Below are positions 61,251 through 64,000 of a stretch of DNA of 64,000 bases, piece by piece. This DNA comes from Carcharhinus amblyrhynchos (lineage: Eukaryota). Under the pieces are notes generated by a model. It made no database searches. It was given only the letters and a program-made list of their open reading frames with translations, and was not told the origin of the DNA. Each line of letters starts with the position of its first letter. The first letter of the stretch is position 1. The stretch spans positions 56,668,001-56,732,000 of the forward strand of contig OZ336882.1 in NCBI GenBank assembly GCA_965287045.1. The letters run 5' to 3'. A program made the position numbers and the translations under genes.

Positions 61251-64000
61251 CTGCCTTCCCCCCCACAGACATTGGAAGCCCCCACCCTGCCTCATTGGCA
61301 GTATATTCCCCCACCCACCTCTCCAACATGGATTGCTGGCATCAGCACATCGGATCCCTCATGATGGGTCTCCCTGCCTGACCCCTGACATACCCCCACA
61401 TCATGCCCCCATCCTGCACAATCCCCACCACCCCCCCCCGCACAACCCCTCCCTGCATAGACTCCCGTCATAGCCCCCCCATTATGAAGTGACACGCAAT
61501 ACAGAAAATGAAAGCATATCTCATGGAGAACCTGGAAACTGTTACAGCATCAACAATTAATTGCACACTGCGTCAAACATAATAATCTGGCTGCTTTTGC
61601 TGACAGTATAACAATCCTGATGGTCCATTACCCGTGTATGACCCCTAATCATTGGCGAACTATTTGACTACCAGAACATCACAGTCAAGCTAAATTTTCC
61701 CTTCATTCAACATAGATCTGCACCAAGTAGATACGGGATACAAGATTACTTATTGGTTTAACCTTGGGGAAGCCACATGCAGCAGTCCCATTATTATGTT
61801 GACCAAGATCATCAAAATCAACACTCTGCAAAGGAATTATTTCGAACCTTCATGGCTAGTATTTCTCAGCAAATAAAGGCCAACTACCTTCCTGTCAACT
61901 GGACTGGGTAAGGTTCAAGGGGGACAATTTTCAAGTGACATCTAAAACAATCCCTTTACTTAAGAGGCTCCTGAGCACATGATACAATTATGTCTGCCCA
62001 TTTGTACCTGTAAGTTACAATGGGGTCCTATAATCAGTGGAGGATCCTGATTTGCAGATTTAAACAGTTTCCTGCCTGTTTCAGTCAGGGACACCTTAGG
62101 GCCCAATCGCAAACTGTATCAGGTGGGCCTTGGGGTTTCGAGGGGCGGCCCACTCCCCACCCCCCCAAGCCCACCCTCCCCCCGCACCCCCCAACTTGCC
62201 CCACAGCTGCACCCCCACCCCTGCAATTTCAATTGCTGGCTGCCACTAAGTTTCATGAAAAACAGGCAGTCAGGCTTTGAAATCACGTATGCCCTGATGG
62301 TCCAGTTAAGTTTAGCATATAAAGTTGGATGCTACTTAGTCATGATTAATCCTGAATGTTGGAACTGAGTTCCAGTTGATAAAAGTTTGGAAAACTCTTC
62401 ATATTCTCCTGCAAAAAAAAAATGATATTAAGCATAGATAAACTTGGCACTTCAAGCTCTTGGCTCATGTTGTCTGTGCCATTAAGTATTCAGAGGGTGA
62501 TGCTTGGGCACAAATGGATTTGTGCGGTGGGTTTCACCCATTTGCACTGGTTTCTTGTGCACAATATATTGTAGCAGGCACCTTCCAGAGCTCCTGTCAG
62601 ATTCTGTTCCTGTGACACTGAGATCTGCCTCCCCCAGTTTACAGCAGCTGGCTTGCTGGAAGCAGCCCCGGCAGCCCGTGCAAACAGATGTAATGTATTT
62701 TTGCACTGGACCATGCTGTTCTCATTTAAAAAGTGTGAACTTATAATTATCAGAATTATGCTTTTAATTATGTGGCAATTAGTCTCCTGCAATGAGCTGA
62801 GAGGAAGCATATAGAATTATTTATTGCCTTAATTCATTTCAGTCAAAATTTTGTGCAAGAATTTTTTAACCCTAGCTTTATCATTGGGTTGAATGAGAAG
62901 TGGGCAGTAACTACACAGATTCTATAAATGCAAAATGCAAAATATGCTCAATAGTTTTGAGTCCAGTGAACAAAAATAATAGGTGAAAAAGAAAATAGAA
63001 GACTTGCATTTATATATTGCCTTTATAACCTCAGGAACTCCTAAAGCATTTGGATAATGGAATACCTTTGAATTGTAATCACTATTGTAATGTTGAATGT
63101 GGATATGCAGCATTATGCCTATAGTCAGTCAATCTAGTTTCAAAAACACTGGTACAAAGCCAATAGCCAGGGTACATGTGTTTGTATATGTTGGGGAGCA
63201 CAGTGAACTGGAGGAGTGGCTGACAGAGGGGTTGGTGTTCAATCATAGTCATTAGCAGATTGATGCAGGTTTCTCTGTTGCAGCCGACTAAGGTCTATCC
63301 TGGTTTATAAGAGTCATGGTCTTCCTTTTGTTATGAGGCCTTCTTGACAAGCACTGATCTTTGAGCAGTGATCTTTCTCAACCATCTAAGCACACCTTCA
63401 CTGCATCAACTCTCGTTTCCATCACACTTTTGTCATTGTAATGACAACGGAGTGAAAAGCATCTCCAGGAAATGTTCAACACTTAGGAAAACTCCCAAAC
63501 AGCAGCATCTTATCATGATAATAGTATGGAGGCTAAGACTTATGAAGAGATGATATTGTTACTTGCTTTCTGTGTTCTTTTCATAAATGACATAAAACGC
63601 CTTTAAATTGCCAACTTTGTTTGAAATATAAAGAGTGTACTTCTGAAAATTCTGCAGTGTCTCAAACTTTAAACACCCTGGCTGGAATTCTCCCCCAAAA
63701 ATTCTGAGTGTTGAACTTATGTGAAAACTGGAGTAAATCATGCTGCTTTTTTTTCAGTGGGAGTTCAGAGAAGAATCTCCCACACTCTGAGCGATGCGGA
63801 GGCAATTAGGATGAATATCATTAAAAACTAGAGAGTGGAGCCTATTACCACTGGAGAGGCTGAAAGCCGTGCACCGAGCCACTGCACATGCGGCGATCTG
63901 TCAGTTCTGAGATCAACACATGTACAATGGCCCCACACTGCCAGCCTCTCAATTACTGGCCAGTTCAATCGCTGAACAGCCCTATGACCTCCACATCACC

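Overview
Eukaryotic, AT-rich, repeat-dense vertebrate DNA. The repeat content (HE1/V-SINE-type SINEs, CR1, L2, Rex1/Babar and Tx1 LINEs, Penelope-like elements, Deu-domain SINEs) points to a cartilaginous fish, probably a shark; this is an inference. One host gene is supported: a divergent class I Rab11 family-interacting protein (RAB11FIP1/2/5-like) on the + strand. It starts in a CpG island with a triplicated GC-rich repeat and has clear exons at 9692-10035 and 17918-18131, two candidate frame-bridging small exons (19292-19307, 19937-19985) and a probable last exon (29410-29918) followed by a poly(A) signal. I found no Rab11-binding domain in the window. The rest is mostly nested transposon debris. 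The most unusual locus is ~59.9-60.85 kb: a young Tx1-type LINE 3' end sits between 12-bp direct repeats inside a 28S rRNA fragment, just upstream of the sarcin-ricin loop, and abuts a Penelope end carrying a hammerhead-like motif. Two inverted Penelope insertions with target-site duplications, one reduced to a 97-bp element containing a perfect hairpin, lie in the gene's introns. All calls are by eye; repeat boundaries are approximate.
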